Part shown: piece by piece, positions 20,502 through 30,462 of the stretch
Layout of the letters: every line of letters begins with the position of its first letter
Position numbering within the stretch: the stretch's first letter is position 1
From: Nitrospirota bacterium
Lineage (GTDB): Bacteria; Nitrospirota; UBA9217
Length of the DNA stretch: 64,000 bases
Direction of reading: 5' to 3'
Assembly (NCBI GenBank): GCA_963663225.1
Contig: OY760142.1
Location: 2,784,001 to 2,848,000 of the forward strand
Translations under genes and position numbers: made by a program
The notes under the pieces: generated by a model
Databases searched by the model: none
Told to the model about the DNA's origin: nothing
The model's input: only the letters and a program-made list of their open reading frames with translations

Positions 20502-22802
20502 CTATGTCGTAGACGGCAGTTTTTCTTCAGCGCTGTTATCAGGTCTTTGTTCTTCCTTGTAACCGCATTCTTTTTTGATGCAGGCAATATAGGGGCCGGT
20601 TTTCTTTGAATACTTCTCCACAAGAAAGGGAGCATTACATTGCGGGCATGAGCGAAGAATTGGTTTATACCAAATTGCAAATTTACATGCCGGATAATTT
20701 GCACATGAGTAAAACACTTTGCCAAAGCGAGAACGCCGTTCCACAATTTTTCCACCGTCTTCCGGACAGGTAACCCCGGTTGACATGCCTTGGGTGTGAT
20801 TGCATTCAGGGTAGCGGGAGCATGCAAGAAATTTCCCGAATCGTCCGCGTTTTACGAGCATCGACGAATTGCATTTAGGGCAAAGTTCATCCGTTGTTTC
20901 TTCAGGTGCTGCTTCAACGCCTGTCTCCGTGCGGATAAAGGGTTTTGTGTTTTTGCAGTCAGGATAACCGCTGCAGGCAAGAAATTGTCCGTTTCTGCCC
21001 CATTTGATGACCATAGGCTTGCCGCATTTCTCGCAATTGATTTCTGTCGGCGTCTGCTCAGCCTTGAAGTCTTTCATCTCGGCCTGTGCCTTTTCCAGGC
21101 TCTCGTTGAACGGTTTGTAAAAATCTTTTACCGCGTCAACCCAGCGCATCTGTCCTTCCTCGATCTTGTCAAGTTCTTCTTCCATGCCTGCAGTAAACGT
21201 TACATCAAGAATAAGCGGGAAATGAGTTACCAGCAGATCGTTTACCAGGACGCCGAGTTCCGTGGGGCGGAATTTATTTTCGACCTTGCTGACGTAATCG
21301 CGTTCCTGAATCGTTGAAATGATGGCGGCGTATGTGCTTGGTCTGCCGATGCCTTTTTCTTCAAGAGTTTTCACAAGCAATGCTTCTGAAAACCGTGGCG
21401 GGGGCTGGGTAAAATGTTGCTTGGGCTCGAGCTTGACCAGTTTCAGCGGTTCGCCTTCCTGCAGGGGAGGCAGAATCGCCTCTCCATTGTCGTCGTCGGA
21501 AGGTGCCTGGTCCTCCGATTTCTCCTCCATATAGACGGCCATGAATCCCATAAATTTTACGACCGAACCTGTGGCCCGGAATGTATACTGGGCCGACTTC
21601 ACATCCACCGAAGTCTGATCTATTATTGCAGGGTTCATCTGGCTTGCTATAAATCGGTTCCAGATAAGTTTATAGAGTTTATATTGGTCCGGTTGTAAAA
21701 AATGCTTGATGGCGTCCGGCTCGCGCAGAACGGAGGTCGGGCGAATGGCTTCATGGGCTTCCTGCGCTGTTTTGGAGGAAGCATATACAGGCGGTTTCTC
21801 GGGAACAAATTCTTTTCCATATTTTTGGGTGATAAACTCGCGTGCTTCATTCTGCACTTCACCGGATACGCGGGTGGAATCAGTCCTCATGTACGTAATA
21901 AGACCGACGGTTCCTTCTTTGCCGATATCCACGCCTTCATAGAGGCCTTGTGCGATCCCCATAGTCCGTTTGGCGGTAAAGCCCAGTTTTCTTCCTGCTT
22001 CCTGTTGCAATTTGCTTGTCGTAAAGGGCGGAACAGGATTGCGTCGCCGCTCTTTTTTATCGATCTTGGAAACAACATATGATGCATCCTGGAGGTCTGC
22101 TAAAACTTGCCGCACTTCCTCATTGTTTTTTGCCTTGATTTTCTCTTCATCTTTTTTGATGAGTTTAGCTTCGAATTGCGGCGGGACCGTTCCTTCAAGC
22201 AATGCGGTCAGAGACCAGAACTCTTCCGGTATAAATGCTTTTATTTCTTCTTCGCGTTCGCAGATCATGCGCAGTGCAACAGATTGCACACGGCCCGCAG
22301 AAAGTCCGCGCCGCACTTTTTTCCAGAGAATCGGGCTGATCTGATATCCGACAAGACGGTCCAGAATGCGACGTGCCTGTTGGGCATCGACTTTATTCAT
22401 GTCGATTTTTCCAGGATGCTCTACGGCCTGGACAACGGCTTTTTTTGTGATTTCGTTAAAGAGAACGCGATAGATTTCTCCTTCATTTTTACTGCCGTTT
22501 TTACCGCTGGAAACGGCTTCCGCGACATGAAAGGCTATTGCTTCTCCCTCGCGGTCAGGGTCGGTTGCGAGTAAAACGCGATCGGCTTTTTTTGCAGCGG
22601 ATTTCAATTCTTTAACGACGGGGGCTTTTCCTTTGATCACGATGTATTTGGGTTCGAAGTCTTTTTCAATGTCAACGCCGAGTTTGCTTTTCGGCAAATC
22701 CATAATATGGCCGACGGAAGCCTTGACGGTATAATCTTTCCCAAGATATTTTGCAATGGTCTTTGCTTTAGCTGGTGATTCGACAATTACGAGTGTTTTC
22801 AT
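20502..22802 (-). CDS. topA: DNA topoisomerase I
   Basis: LVIVESPAKAKTI, ATDPDREGEAI, SAGRVQS, ITYMRTDS, C-terminal zinc ribbons. Probable start at 22802 (MKTLVIV). Confidence 0.98.
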   Translation of the reverse strand: MKTLVIVESPAKAKTIAKYLGKDYTVKASVGHIMDLPKSKLGVDIEKDFEPKYIVIKGKAPVVKELKSAAKKADRVLLATDPDREGEAIAFHVAEAVSSGKNGSKNEGEIYRVLFNEITKKAVVQAVEHPGKIDMNKVDAQQARRILDRLVGYQISPILWKKVRRGLSAGRVQSVALRMICEREEEIKAFIPEEFWSLTALLEGTVPPQFEAKLIKKDEEKIKAKNNEEVRQVLADLQDASYVVSKIDKKERRRNPVPPFTTSKLQQEAGRKLGFTAKRTMGIAQGLYEGVDIGKEGTVGLITYMRTDSTRVSGEVQNEAREFITQKYGKEFVPEKPPVYASSKTAQEAHEAIRPTSVLREPDAIKHFLQPDQYKLYKLIWNRFIASQMNPAIIDQTSVDVKSAQYTFRATGSVVKFMGFMAVYMEEKSEDQAPSDDDNGEAILPPLQEGEPLKLVKLEPKQHFTQPPPRFSEALLVKTLEEKGIGRPSTYAAIISTIQERDYVSKVENKFRPTELGVLVNDLLVTHFPLILDVTFTAGMEEELDKIEEGQMRWVDAVKDFYKPFNESLEKAQAEMKDFKAEQTPTEINCEKCGKPMVIKWGRNGQFLACSGYPDCKNTKPFIRTETGVEAAPEETTDELCPKCNSSMLVKRGRFGKFLACSRYPECNHTQGMSTGVTCPEDGGKIVERRSRFGKVFYSCANYPACKFAIWYKPILRSCPQCNAPFLVEKYSKKTGPYIACIKKECGYKEEQRPDNSAEEKLPSTT

Positions 22803-22870
22803 AATAATGGTATTATACACCTTTTCCCAAAAAGACGTAAAATGCACTCTTTTGAAATAAGCGACGGAGC

Positions 22871-23353
22871 CTAATTCCAGGCCGTCCTTTTAATCTGTCT
22901 GATGCCGGGAGTGGCATCGTCATCAAAACCCTGCTCGATCGGTTGGGAAAAGAGAACTGTTGCAACGATCGATTTGACATGTTCGAGTTTTATCCTGTCC
23001 GGACAAACAGTCAAAGCCTTATCCAGTATTTCTTCGCGTTGCTGTTCCGAGATGATTCCCAGATGCGTGAGTTTCGACGCAAAAGCGAACGCATCAATAG
23101 TGAAACGACTTCGCTCTTCCCGGGTCATAACCCTCACGTAAGCAGGAGATTGCGCTGTTGCCGGTGCGAAAAGACGGTCTGCTTCTCCCTGTACGAGTGT
23201 TTGCATAAGCATAAGCGCGGCATCCGCTTCATAAATATGGTAACCGCTGTTCAGGAGCATTTGCATTATTTTTGCCTCATTGTCGAACAGTTCCTGTTTG
23301 TTCCGAACCTGTTCGGCAATGATTGAAAATAAATTTATCATCAGTTCATCCAC
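22871..23353 (-). CDS. DUF494/Smg-like protein
   Basis: Position between dprA and topA; RVMTREERSRF...LGIISEQQREEIL pattern. Confidence 0.7.
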   Translation of the reverse strand: MDELMINLFSIIAEQVRNKQELFDNEAKIMQMLLNSGYHIYEADAALMLMQTLVQGEADRLFAPATAQSPAYVRVMTREERSRFTIDAFAFASKLTHLGIISEQQREEILDKALTVCPDRIKLEHVKSIVATVLFSQPIEQGFDDDATPGIRQIKRTAWN

Positions 23354-23410
23354 AGTATCACCTGTTGTACAAAAAACATAAACAAAGTTCGCATCCTCAA
23401 TTCACATCCT

Positions 23411-24550
23411 TCATGGTTCGTGACGAGTGTTCGATGGAACTTCAGAGTCCTGACGTATAAAAAATTTTCCTGGACATTGCTTAACCAATTTTTGCAATTC
23501 CAGGCTGATCAGTATGCCACCCAGTTTTCCCGCTGTGCCTCCGACTTCATTCAGGATGCTGTCAATATGCTTCGGTTCGTTTGTAACGTGCCTGAATACC
23601 TCTTCCTCGTCCCGCGTCAGCCGGGGCAGGGGAGCTTGTGGTGCGATCGATTGTTTGACCGGCCAGCTCAGACCAAGAACGTCCAGAACATCAGCAGCGG
23701 CTTCAACCAAAATCGCGCCTTGCTTGATCAAATTATTTGTGCCCCGACTGGCCGTATGGCCGATATTGCCGGGCACGGCAAATAATTTCCGTCCCTGTTC
23801 GACGGCATTGTTTGCCGTGATAAGCGAACCGCTGTCTTCTGCGGCTTCAACAACAACGGTTCCGCGTGCGAGTCCGCTAATAATGCGGTTTCGAGCCGGG
23901 AAACAACCCGATTCCGGTTTTGTGCCGAATGGATACTCCGTTATTACCGCTCCATGATGAGCGATTTCATCTATCAGATCTTTATTTTCCGGCGGATACG
24001 CTATATCAATTCCGCAACCCAATACTGCGATGGTTCTTCCTTTGGCCGAGAGCGCACCACGGTGCGCCTGGGTGTCTATTCCACGTGCTAAACCGCTTAC
24101 AATTGTCAGCCCGGCCGCGGCAAGATCGTATGAGAGCCGATGGGTGATTGTCCTTCCATAATGTGTCGGCTGACGGGTCCCTACAATTGCAAGGGCGTTA
24201 TAATCCTCAGGCTTCAATATGCCTTTTACATATATATAAACAGGCGGATCCGATATTTTTTTGAGATGTTCCGGATAAGCCGGATCATTCATCGTAAAAA
24301 TATCAATGTTCATTTCCGCGGCTTTAGCCATATCCTGCTCCGCATGCTCACGCCAGGGAAATGATATTATATTATTGATTACCTTATCGGACAGCCGTTT
24401 GATTTCTTTAAGGCTGCTATGTGGTGCAGAGAGTGCGCGTTCCGGGGACCCAAAATGGTTGATGAGTTTTCTGAACGTGCTTCTTCCAACGCCTGGGATG
24501 CTGCCGAGTCCTATCCAGAAAAGAAGGGTATCATCTTTGTTTAGGCGCAT
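23411..24550 (-). CDS. dprA: DNA-processing protein DprA
   Basis: AIVGTR, IVSGLARGIDTQAH, FPARNRIISGL, SGSLITA. Start uncertain (24550 or 24568). Confidence 0.96.
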   Translation of the reverse strand: MRLNKDDTLLFWIGLGSIPGVGRSTFRKLINHFGSPERALSAPHSSLKEIKRLSDKVINNIISFPWREHAEQDMAKAAEMNIDIFTMNDPAYPEHLKKISDPPVYIYVKGILKPEDYNALAIVGTRQPTHYGRTITHRLSYDLAAAGLTIVSGLARGIDTQAHRGALSAKGRTIAVLGCGIDIAYPPENKDLIDEIAHHGAVITEYPFGTKPESGCFPARNRIISGLARGTVVVEAAEDSGSLITANNAVEQGRKLFAVPGNIGHTASRGTNNLIKQGAILVEAAADVLDVLGLSWPVKQSIAPQAPLPRLTRDEEEVFRHVTNEPKHIDSILNEVGGTAGKLGGILISLELQKLVKQCPGKFFIRQDSEVPSNTRHEP

Positions 24551-24807
24551 GTTTCTTAGAGTAAACAATGGTTTTACTGCTCAAGGGTTGAAATTATACA
24601 GACTCAGACCAGATAGTCAAGTTTTTTTTACTTTTAGACACGAAACGCGAAGCTTTCTTCGGCTGATTACAGGGTGGGGATGAGAACTGATTTACTGTAA
24701 GATTTTTTTTTTTGTGATATAGTATTCACAATTAAAGAAAAACAATACGATTTCCGATGAAAACATGCCCGCGTAGAAACTAGGAAAAGGAGCCATACAA
24801 ACCACTC

Positions 24808-25431
24808 ATGCAGCAGAGGATTAAAGCAATTCTTTTTGATTTCGGCGGTGTAGTCGCAGAAGAAGGATTTTACGAAGGCCTCTTGGAAATCGGACGTTTG
24901 AATAACAGAGAGCCGCATACTTTTTTTAAAACAGTAGAGGAGCTTATTGGCGAAACCGGATATCTGACGGGAGGAGCTGGTGAAGCTGCTTTTTGGGATG
25001 CGGTCAGAGGGAAAACCGGAATATCCATGAGTGATGATGCCCTGAGAATGGAAATTTTAAGCAGATTCATCCTCCGACCCGAAATCATATCGTACGTAGA
25101 CATTCTGAAATCGCATGGATTCATTGTTGCCATACTGAGCGATCAGACAAACTGGCTTGACGAAATAAACCGACAAACGGGGCTGTTTCAACATTTTGAC
25201 GAAGTATTTAACTCCTTTCATATCCATAAAAGCAAACGGGATGCAACGGTGTTCAGAGACGTGTGTCGAGCGCTTGCCGTAGAGCCGTCGGCAACACTTT
25301 TTATCGATGATAATAACGGACATGTTCAACGTGCACAAAATGAAGGATTACAGGTAATTCATTTTATCGGCAGGGATGATTTCGAGAAAAGAATCAGAAC
25401 ATTTTTCGATCTTGAAGTAGGGAAAATCTAA
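24808..25431 (+). CDS. HAD-superfamily phosphatase
   Basis: FDFGGV motif I, LSDQ, KSK, LFIDD. Confidence 0.88.
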   Translation: MQQRIKAILFDFGGVVAEEGFYEGLLEIGRLNNREPHTFFKTVEELIGETGYLTGGAGEAAFWDAVRGKTGISMSDDALRMEILSRFILRPEIISYVDILKSHGFIVAILSDQTNWLDEINRQTGLFQHFDEVFNSFHIHKSKRDATVFRDVCRALAVEPSATLFIDDNNGHVQRAQNEGLQVIHFIGRDDFEKRIRTFFDLEVGKI

Positions 25432-25454
25432 AAAATAGGTGGATTTGAAACCAC

Positions 25455-26042
25455 ATGAAAGTCCTTGTTCTGAATGGAAGTCCAAGAAAAAGAGGCAATA
25501 CCGATATTCTGCTTGAAGAAGCAGTAAACGGAGCAAAAGAGGCAGGAGGAAGCGTAATAGAGCATCACCTGAATTCTCTGTCACTGACTCCCTGCCAACA
25601 GTGCAGCGAGTGCGATGATTCGGAACACTGTATTATCAATGATGATATGCAGCCTGTTTACAGCGATATCATTACTGCTGACAGAATAATCGTAGGTTCG
25701 CCTATTTTTTTCTTTACTGTAAGCGCTCAGTTAAAAATCGTTATTGACCGTTGTCAGCCGTTCTGGACTCAAAAATATATTCACAAAAAACCTGTTCCTG
25801 AGGGGCCATTCGGCAGAAAAGGGCTCCTGATTCTCGTGGGAGGAATGAAGCAAACGGAAAAAAATGAAGGCTACCATTGCGCAGAAATAGTTGTTCGGGC
25901 TTTTTTCAGGACGGTAAATGTCTCCCAGCACACGACAATGGTATTCGATGATATAGATGAAAAAGGGGCCATCAGAAAGCATCCTACCGCACTTGCCGAC
26001 GTTCATAGAGCGGGAAAAGTGCTGCTCGATCCTTCCCGATAG
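25455..26042 (+). CDS. Iron-sulfur flavoprotein / NADPH-dependent FMN reductase family
   Basis: GSPRKRGNT; CQQCSECxxxxxC (CX2CX2CX5C); GSPIFF. Confidence 0.88.
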   Translation: MKVLVLNGSPRKRGNTDILLEEAVNGAKEAGGSVIEHHLNSLSLTPCQQCSECDDSEHCIINDDMQPVYSDIITADRIIVGSPIFFFTVSAQLKIVIDRCQPFWTQKYIHKKPVPEGPFGRKGLLILVGGMKQTEKNEGYHCAEIVVRAFFRTVNVSQHTTMVFDDIDEKGAIRKHPTALADVHRAGKVLLDPSR

Positions 26043-26190
26043 CCGAGAAAACTACGCTGTTGCCATTCATTTTTCCTTTTGTTATCCTATAAACATAAGT
26101 ATGTGTTTGTTCCTTGACCCCATACAAATAAAATGCGCTATAATAATAATGCAGTTTGAAGATCCATGTTTCTGAAAGGAGATATAACAC

Positions 26191-26589
26191 GTGCGTTATC
26201 GGTACATAGCCTATAAATATACCCGGCGAATGAGGCCTGATACTGCATTTCAGGGAGTATGGGAATCCCTCAGTTCCTGGCCGCTGCAATCGGTAATTGC
26301 GTGGAGACCGCCTGCTGATATTTATGAAACTGAAAACGATATTATTATCGTGGTTGAGCTTGCAGGAGTTGCAGAAGAGGACCTGACAGTGACATTGTTC
26401 AGCAATCTTTTGGTCATCGAGGGACAGAGAACACCGCCGGTTTCAGACATGAATGCATGCCATCAGTTGGGCATACACTACGGACATTTCAGATCGGAAA
26501 TAGATATTCACACGCCGGTGGACCATGACAACGTGGAAGCGGAGTATATAAACGGCTTGTTGAAAATTTCTCTCCATAAACTCAATTGA
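26191..26589 (+). CDS. Hsp20/alpha-crystallin small heat shock protein
   Basis: WRPPADIYET...ELAGV...YGHFRSEI...AEYINGLLKISL; AAAGGAG RBS before GTG. Confidence 0.92.
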   Translation: MRYRYIAYKYTRRMRPDTAFQGVWESLSSWPLQSVIAWRPPADIYETENDIIIVVELAGVAEEDLTVTLFSNLLVIEGQRTPPVSDMNACHQLGIHYGHFRSEIDIHTPVDHDNVEAEYINGLLKISLHKLN

Positions 26590-26658
26590 AGCTGAGGTAC
26601 TAACTTGAAAATAAGATCGCTTTTAGAGAAGTTACTGAAAAAAAACAGGAGTAAACCC

Positions 26659-29031
26659 ATGGGAACAATCGAAACTGAAAAAGAAAAAACCCCGCCGGTA
26701 CCGGCTGAGCTTCCCTTGCTGCCGCTGAAAGATACCATTGTGTATCCGCTTACCGTGTATCCGCTGGTCATAGGAAAAGAAAAATCAATAAAACTGATCA
26801 ATGATGTGACGGTCGGCGACAAGATACTGGGCCTGACGGCACAAAAAAAACCGGACATAGAGGTCGCCAGCATGTCTGATATTTACATAGTTGGGACCAT
26901 GGCGAGAATACTGCAGATGGTGAAAGTCCCCGATGGAACCCTGAGAGTGCTTGTGCAGGGCATAGAGAGGATCAGCATCAATGAGCTTGTGCAGACAGGC
27001 CCCTTTTTAAAGGCCACCGTGAAGGCATTGCCCGATAAAACCGAAAAATCCGTTGAACTTGAAGCGCTCATGCGGGGAATCGCTGAAGTTTTTCAAAAAA
27101 TGGTATCTCTTGCTCCCAATATGCCGGAAGAGCTATCGGCCGCTGCAATCAATATAGAAGATGCGAGACAGCTTGCCTATCTTATTGCCACCAATATCCG
27201 ATTGGATCTTCCGCAGCGCCAGGAAATCCTCGAAATTGATTCTGTATATGAAAAACTGAATAAACTCATGCAATATCTGAATCGCGAGGTTGAAGTACTT
27301 GAACTCGGAAGAAAAATTCAGGGGCAGGCCAGAGACCAGATGCAGAAAGCGGAGCGGGAATATCTGCTCAGGCAGCAGCTTTCCGCCATTCGCAAAGAGC
27401 TGGGTGAAGAATCAGACGATGGATCGGAAATCAAGAGCCTGCGTGAAAAGATTGAAAAAGCAGCCTTGCCGCCTGAAGCTGAAAAAGAAGCAAAACGCGA
27501 ACTCGGCCGAATGGAAAAGCTTTCCACTGCATCGCCGGAATATTCGGTCATCCGGTCGTATCTCGAATGGATAACGAATCTTCCCTGGAACAAAACGTCG
27601 GCAACGGCAATTGATATTGCCAAGGCAAAAACGATTCTTGACGAAGACCACTATGATTTAGAAAAAATTAAAAACCGTATTTTGGAATATCTATCGGTAA
27701 AAAAACTGGGCGAAGAACGCGGTACACAGCAGGAGAGCGGGAAAATGCGTGAGCCGATTTTATGCTTTGTCGGCCCTCCCGGCGTCGGTAAGACATCGCT
27801 TGGCCAATCGATTGCGCGCGCGCTGGACCGAAAATTCATGCGGCAGTCACTGGGGGGGCTGCATGATGAAGCGGAAATCAGAGGCCACCGCCGTACGTAC
27901 ATAGGAGCCATGCCCGGCCGGATCATTCAGGCGCTCAAACGCGTGGAAACGAAAGATCCGGTAATCATGCTCGATGAAGTCGACAAAATCGGATCTGATT
28001 GGCGCGGCGATCCGTCCTCGGCACTTCTTGAAGTGCTTGACCCGGAACAAAACAAGGACTTCAGAGACAATTATCTCGACGTCCCGTTTGACCTCTCAAA
28101 GGTCATGTTCATCACGACGGCAAACCAGCTTGATACGATTCCTGCTCCACTTCTTGACCGGATGGAAGTGCTCAAACTTTCCGGGTACACGGAATATGAG
28201 AAATTGAACATAGCAAAGAAATATCTCGTACCAAAAGAAATCAAAGCAAACGCGCTCAAGCTGGAGGAAATTGTGTTAGAAGATGATGCCGTTATCGGCA
28301 TCATCAAAGACTATACGCGGGAAGCAGGAGTCCGGAACCTGGAGCGGGAAATAGCCAACGTCTGCCGCAAGGTTGCAAAAGCCGTTGCTGAAGGGAAACC
28401 TGCACCTATTACGGTACAGGCGAAAGATCTGCATGAGTATCTCGGGAATCCAAAATTTTTTGCCGAGACTGCCGTCATGATCGATCGCCCGGGTGTAGTT
28501 ACCGGACTTGCATGGACCCCGACAGGCGGCGATATTCTCTTTATCGAAGCAACCATGATGCCTGGCAACAAGCAGCTTACGCTCACTGGGCAGCTCGGCG
28601 ACGTGATGAAAGAGTCTGCACAGGCGGCACTTTCATACGTGCGTTCGCAGACAGAGCTGTTCGGCATTAACAAGGACTTCTTTGAGAAAACCGATATTCA
28701 CATTCACGTGCCGGCAGGCGCCATACCCAAGGATGGGCCTTCTGCAGGCGTTACCATGACTACAGCGATCGTGTCGTTGCTTACGGGCAGAGTGGCAAAC
28801 CATGACGTTGCCATGACCGGCGAGATTACCCTGCGCGGCAAAGTCATGCCCATCGGCGGGGTAAAGGAGAAGGTCCTTGCCGCCAAACGGGCAGGAATCA
28901 AGACTATCATTCTGCCCGAAAAAAATAAAAATGACCTTGAAGACGTGCCGGAAGAATTGCGCAAGGAAATAACGTTCATCTTTGCTGATACTATTGATCA
29001 AGTGATCAAGGCCGCGCTGAAGGAAAAATAA
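26659..29031 (+). CDS. lon: Lon (La) ATP-dependent protease
   Basis: GPPGVGKTS, RRTYIGAMPG, PKDGPSAG (Ser), IGGVKEK (Lys); GGAG RBS before the ATG at 26659. Confidence 0.97.
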   Translation: MGTIETEKEKTPPVPAELPLLPLKDTIVYPLTVYPLVIGKEKSIKLINDVTVGDKILGLTAQKKPDIEVASMSDIYIVGTMARILQMVKVPDGTLRVLVQGIERISINELVQTGPFLKATVKALPDKTEKSVELEALMRGIAEVFQKMVSLAPNMPEELSAAAINIEDARQLAYLIATNIRLDLPQRQEILEIDSVYEKLNKLMQYLNREVEVLELGRKIQGQARDQMQKAEREYLLRQQLSAIRKELGEESDDGSEIKSLREKIEKAALPPEAEKEAKRELGRMEKLSTASPEYSVIRSYLEWITNLPWNKTSATAIDIAKAKTILDEDHYDLEKIKNRILEYLSVKKLGEERGTQQESGKMREPILCFVGPPGVGKTSLGQSIARALDRKFMRQSLGGLHDEAEIRGHRRTYIGAMPGRIIQALKRVETKDPVIMLDEVDKIGSDWRGDPSSALLEVLDPEQNKDFRDNYLDVPFDLSKVMFITTANQLDTIPAPLLDRMEVLKLSGYTEYEKLNIAKKYLVPKEIKANALKLEEIVLEDDAVIGIIKDYTREAGVRNLEREIANVCRKVAKAVAEGKPAPITVQAKDLHEYLGNPKFFAETAVMIDRPGVVTGLAWTPTGGDILFIEATMMPGNKQLTLTGQLGDVMKESAQAALSYVRSQTELFGINKDFFEKTDIHIHVPAGAIPKDGPSAGVTMTTAIVSLLTGRVANHDVAMTGEITLRGKVMPIGGVKEKVLAAKRAGIKTIILPEKNKNDLEDVPEELRKEITFIFADTIDQVIKAALKEK

Positions 29032-29046
29032 TTTAACACTGTATAT

Positions 29047-29081
29047 CAGAGAACGCAGACGATCTAACCCTGCGTTCTCTG
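29047..29081 (+). other. 12-bp stem-loop between lon and lipA
   Basis: CAGAGAACGCAG...CTGCGTTCTCTG with no T-run. Confidence 0.55.
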
Positions 29082-29089
29082 TCTAATTT

Positions 29090-29974
29090 ATGCGTACATC
29101 AAAAAAGTCCAACCGTCTTCCTTCATGGTTCAGGATAAAGCTTTCAACAAACCAGAATTTTGCGGAAATTCGAAAGCTGATACGAAACAATCAACTTCAC
29201 ACTGTTTGCCAAAGCGCGGCCTGTCCAAACAGGACTGAATGCTGGAACTCCCGTACCGCAACTTTTCTTATTCTCGGCGATATGTGCACCCGCAGCTGCA
29301 CCTTCTGTAGTGTCACGAAAGGGGTACCATCAGCGCCTGACAGGCATGAACCGGCGCGAATCGCCGCAGCAGTAGCGTCTCTTCAATTGAAATACGCGGT
29401 TATTACGTCGGTTACGCGGGATGATCTTCCCGATGGAGGAGCCACACTTTTTGCTGAAACTGTTTCTGCTGTCCGGTTAAAAAATCCAGAAAGCCGGGTT
29501 GAAGTTCTTACTCCCGATTTCAAAGGATCAAGAGAATCACTACAGACTGTCCTGCATGCAAAACCATTCGTGTTCGGGCACAATCTTGAAACAGTGCCGT
29601 CCCTTTATTCGAAAGTGCGCCCGCAAGCTGAGTACCGGCGTTCACGAAACGTACTCGCATGGGCACGGGAATATGGCACGGTGACCAAAACAGGAATCAT
29701 GCTGGGCCTGGGGGAGGGGATGGAAGAAATTGAAGTGGTCATGCGCGATCTTCGCGAAATCGGGTGTTCCATCCTGACACTCGGACAATATCTTCAACCG
29801 AGTAGAAACCACATACCGGTAAAAAAATATTATCATCCGGATGAATTCAACATGCTTCGTGATAAAGCGCTGAGTCTTGGATTTGAATATGTGGCGGCCG
29901 GACCGCTGGTAAGAAGCTCGTATCAGGCTGATAAATACTCAGAAGTAAAAGTCGATCTTACTGTTGTAAAGTAA
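29090..29974 (+). CDS. lipA: Lipoyl synthase
   Basis: CQSAACPNRTEC (CX4CX5C), CTRSCTFC radical-SAM motif, RSSY. Confidence 0.97.
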   Translation: MRTSKKSNRLPSWFRIKLSTNQNFAEIRKLIRNNQLHTVCQSAACPNRTECWNSRTATFLILGDMCTRSCTFCSVTKGVPSAPDRHEPARIAAAVASLQLKYAVITSVTRDDLPDGGATLFAETVSAVRLKNPESRVEVLTPDFKGSRESLQTVLHAKPFVFGHNLETVPSLYSKVRPQAEYRRSRNVLAWAREYGTVTKTGIMLGLGEGMEEIEVVMRDLREIGCSILTLGQYLQPSRNHIPVKKYYHPDEFNMLRDKALSLGFEYVAAGPLVRSSYQADKYSEVKVDLTVVK

Positions 29975-30149
29975 TACTCCAAATATCAGGGTCGCCCGTA
30001 GTAGTGGTAATAACAGGATGTTTTGCGACACCGAGGACTCTCAGGGTCTCATCCGGCATGACCGCGGTCATATATGCTTTCAGCTCTCCCATTGTCACAA
30101 CACCATCTTTAGTCCCGGCACTTTGAAAACCGTCGGCCTCACCGTTTGG
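29958..30149 (-). pseudogene. C-terminal fragment of a caspase-like (peptidase C14) protein
   Basis: Minus frame reads PNGEADGFQSAGTKDGVVTMGELKAYMTAVMPDETLRVLGVAKHPVITTTTGDPDIWSITLQQ*, matching the GxAD..DG.VT..EL..Y...P tail of bacterial caspase domains. An in-frame TAA lies immediately upstream (30150-30152). Confidence 0.65.
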
Positions 30150-30253
30150 TTATTGATTTTTGCTTCTCTTTCGTTAATAATTAATTAATCGCGATACTAC
30201 ATTCATTAAATGCTTTGACAGCTAAGAAGTAGGGGATCGCGGGGTTTCTCCTG

Positions 30254-30289
30254 GGCCGAGGTTTCATAGCTTCTCGGCCTCTTTTTTTT
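30254..30289 (+). terminator. Rho-independent terminator-like hairpin
   Basis: GGCCGAG-12 nt-CTCGGCC, then TC and T8. Confidence 0.6.
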
Positions 30290-30462
30290 GCTTTACGTCT
30301 TAGATTCTACGCCTTTGATTTACGCTTTTGATTCTAGTCTTTGCTTTTCTCTGTAATTGCTAAAAAGTAACAAAATACTGCAAATTCAGCATATTTAATT
30401 GACCTCTTTTCTACAAACAGATTTTAAGCGAAGCTTCGGGGGCGCCCTCCGAAGCTTTTGCT

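Noticed and set aside
26043-26190. CIRCE/HrcA operator upstream of hsp20-lon
   Set aside because: No TTAGCACTC-N9-GAGTGCTAA match is visible.
30150-30460. Second dif-like site bounding the dif-adjacent element
   Set aside because: I found no 11-6-11 match on either strand by eye, so the left boundary is inferred only from the truncated caspase-like fragment.
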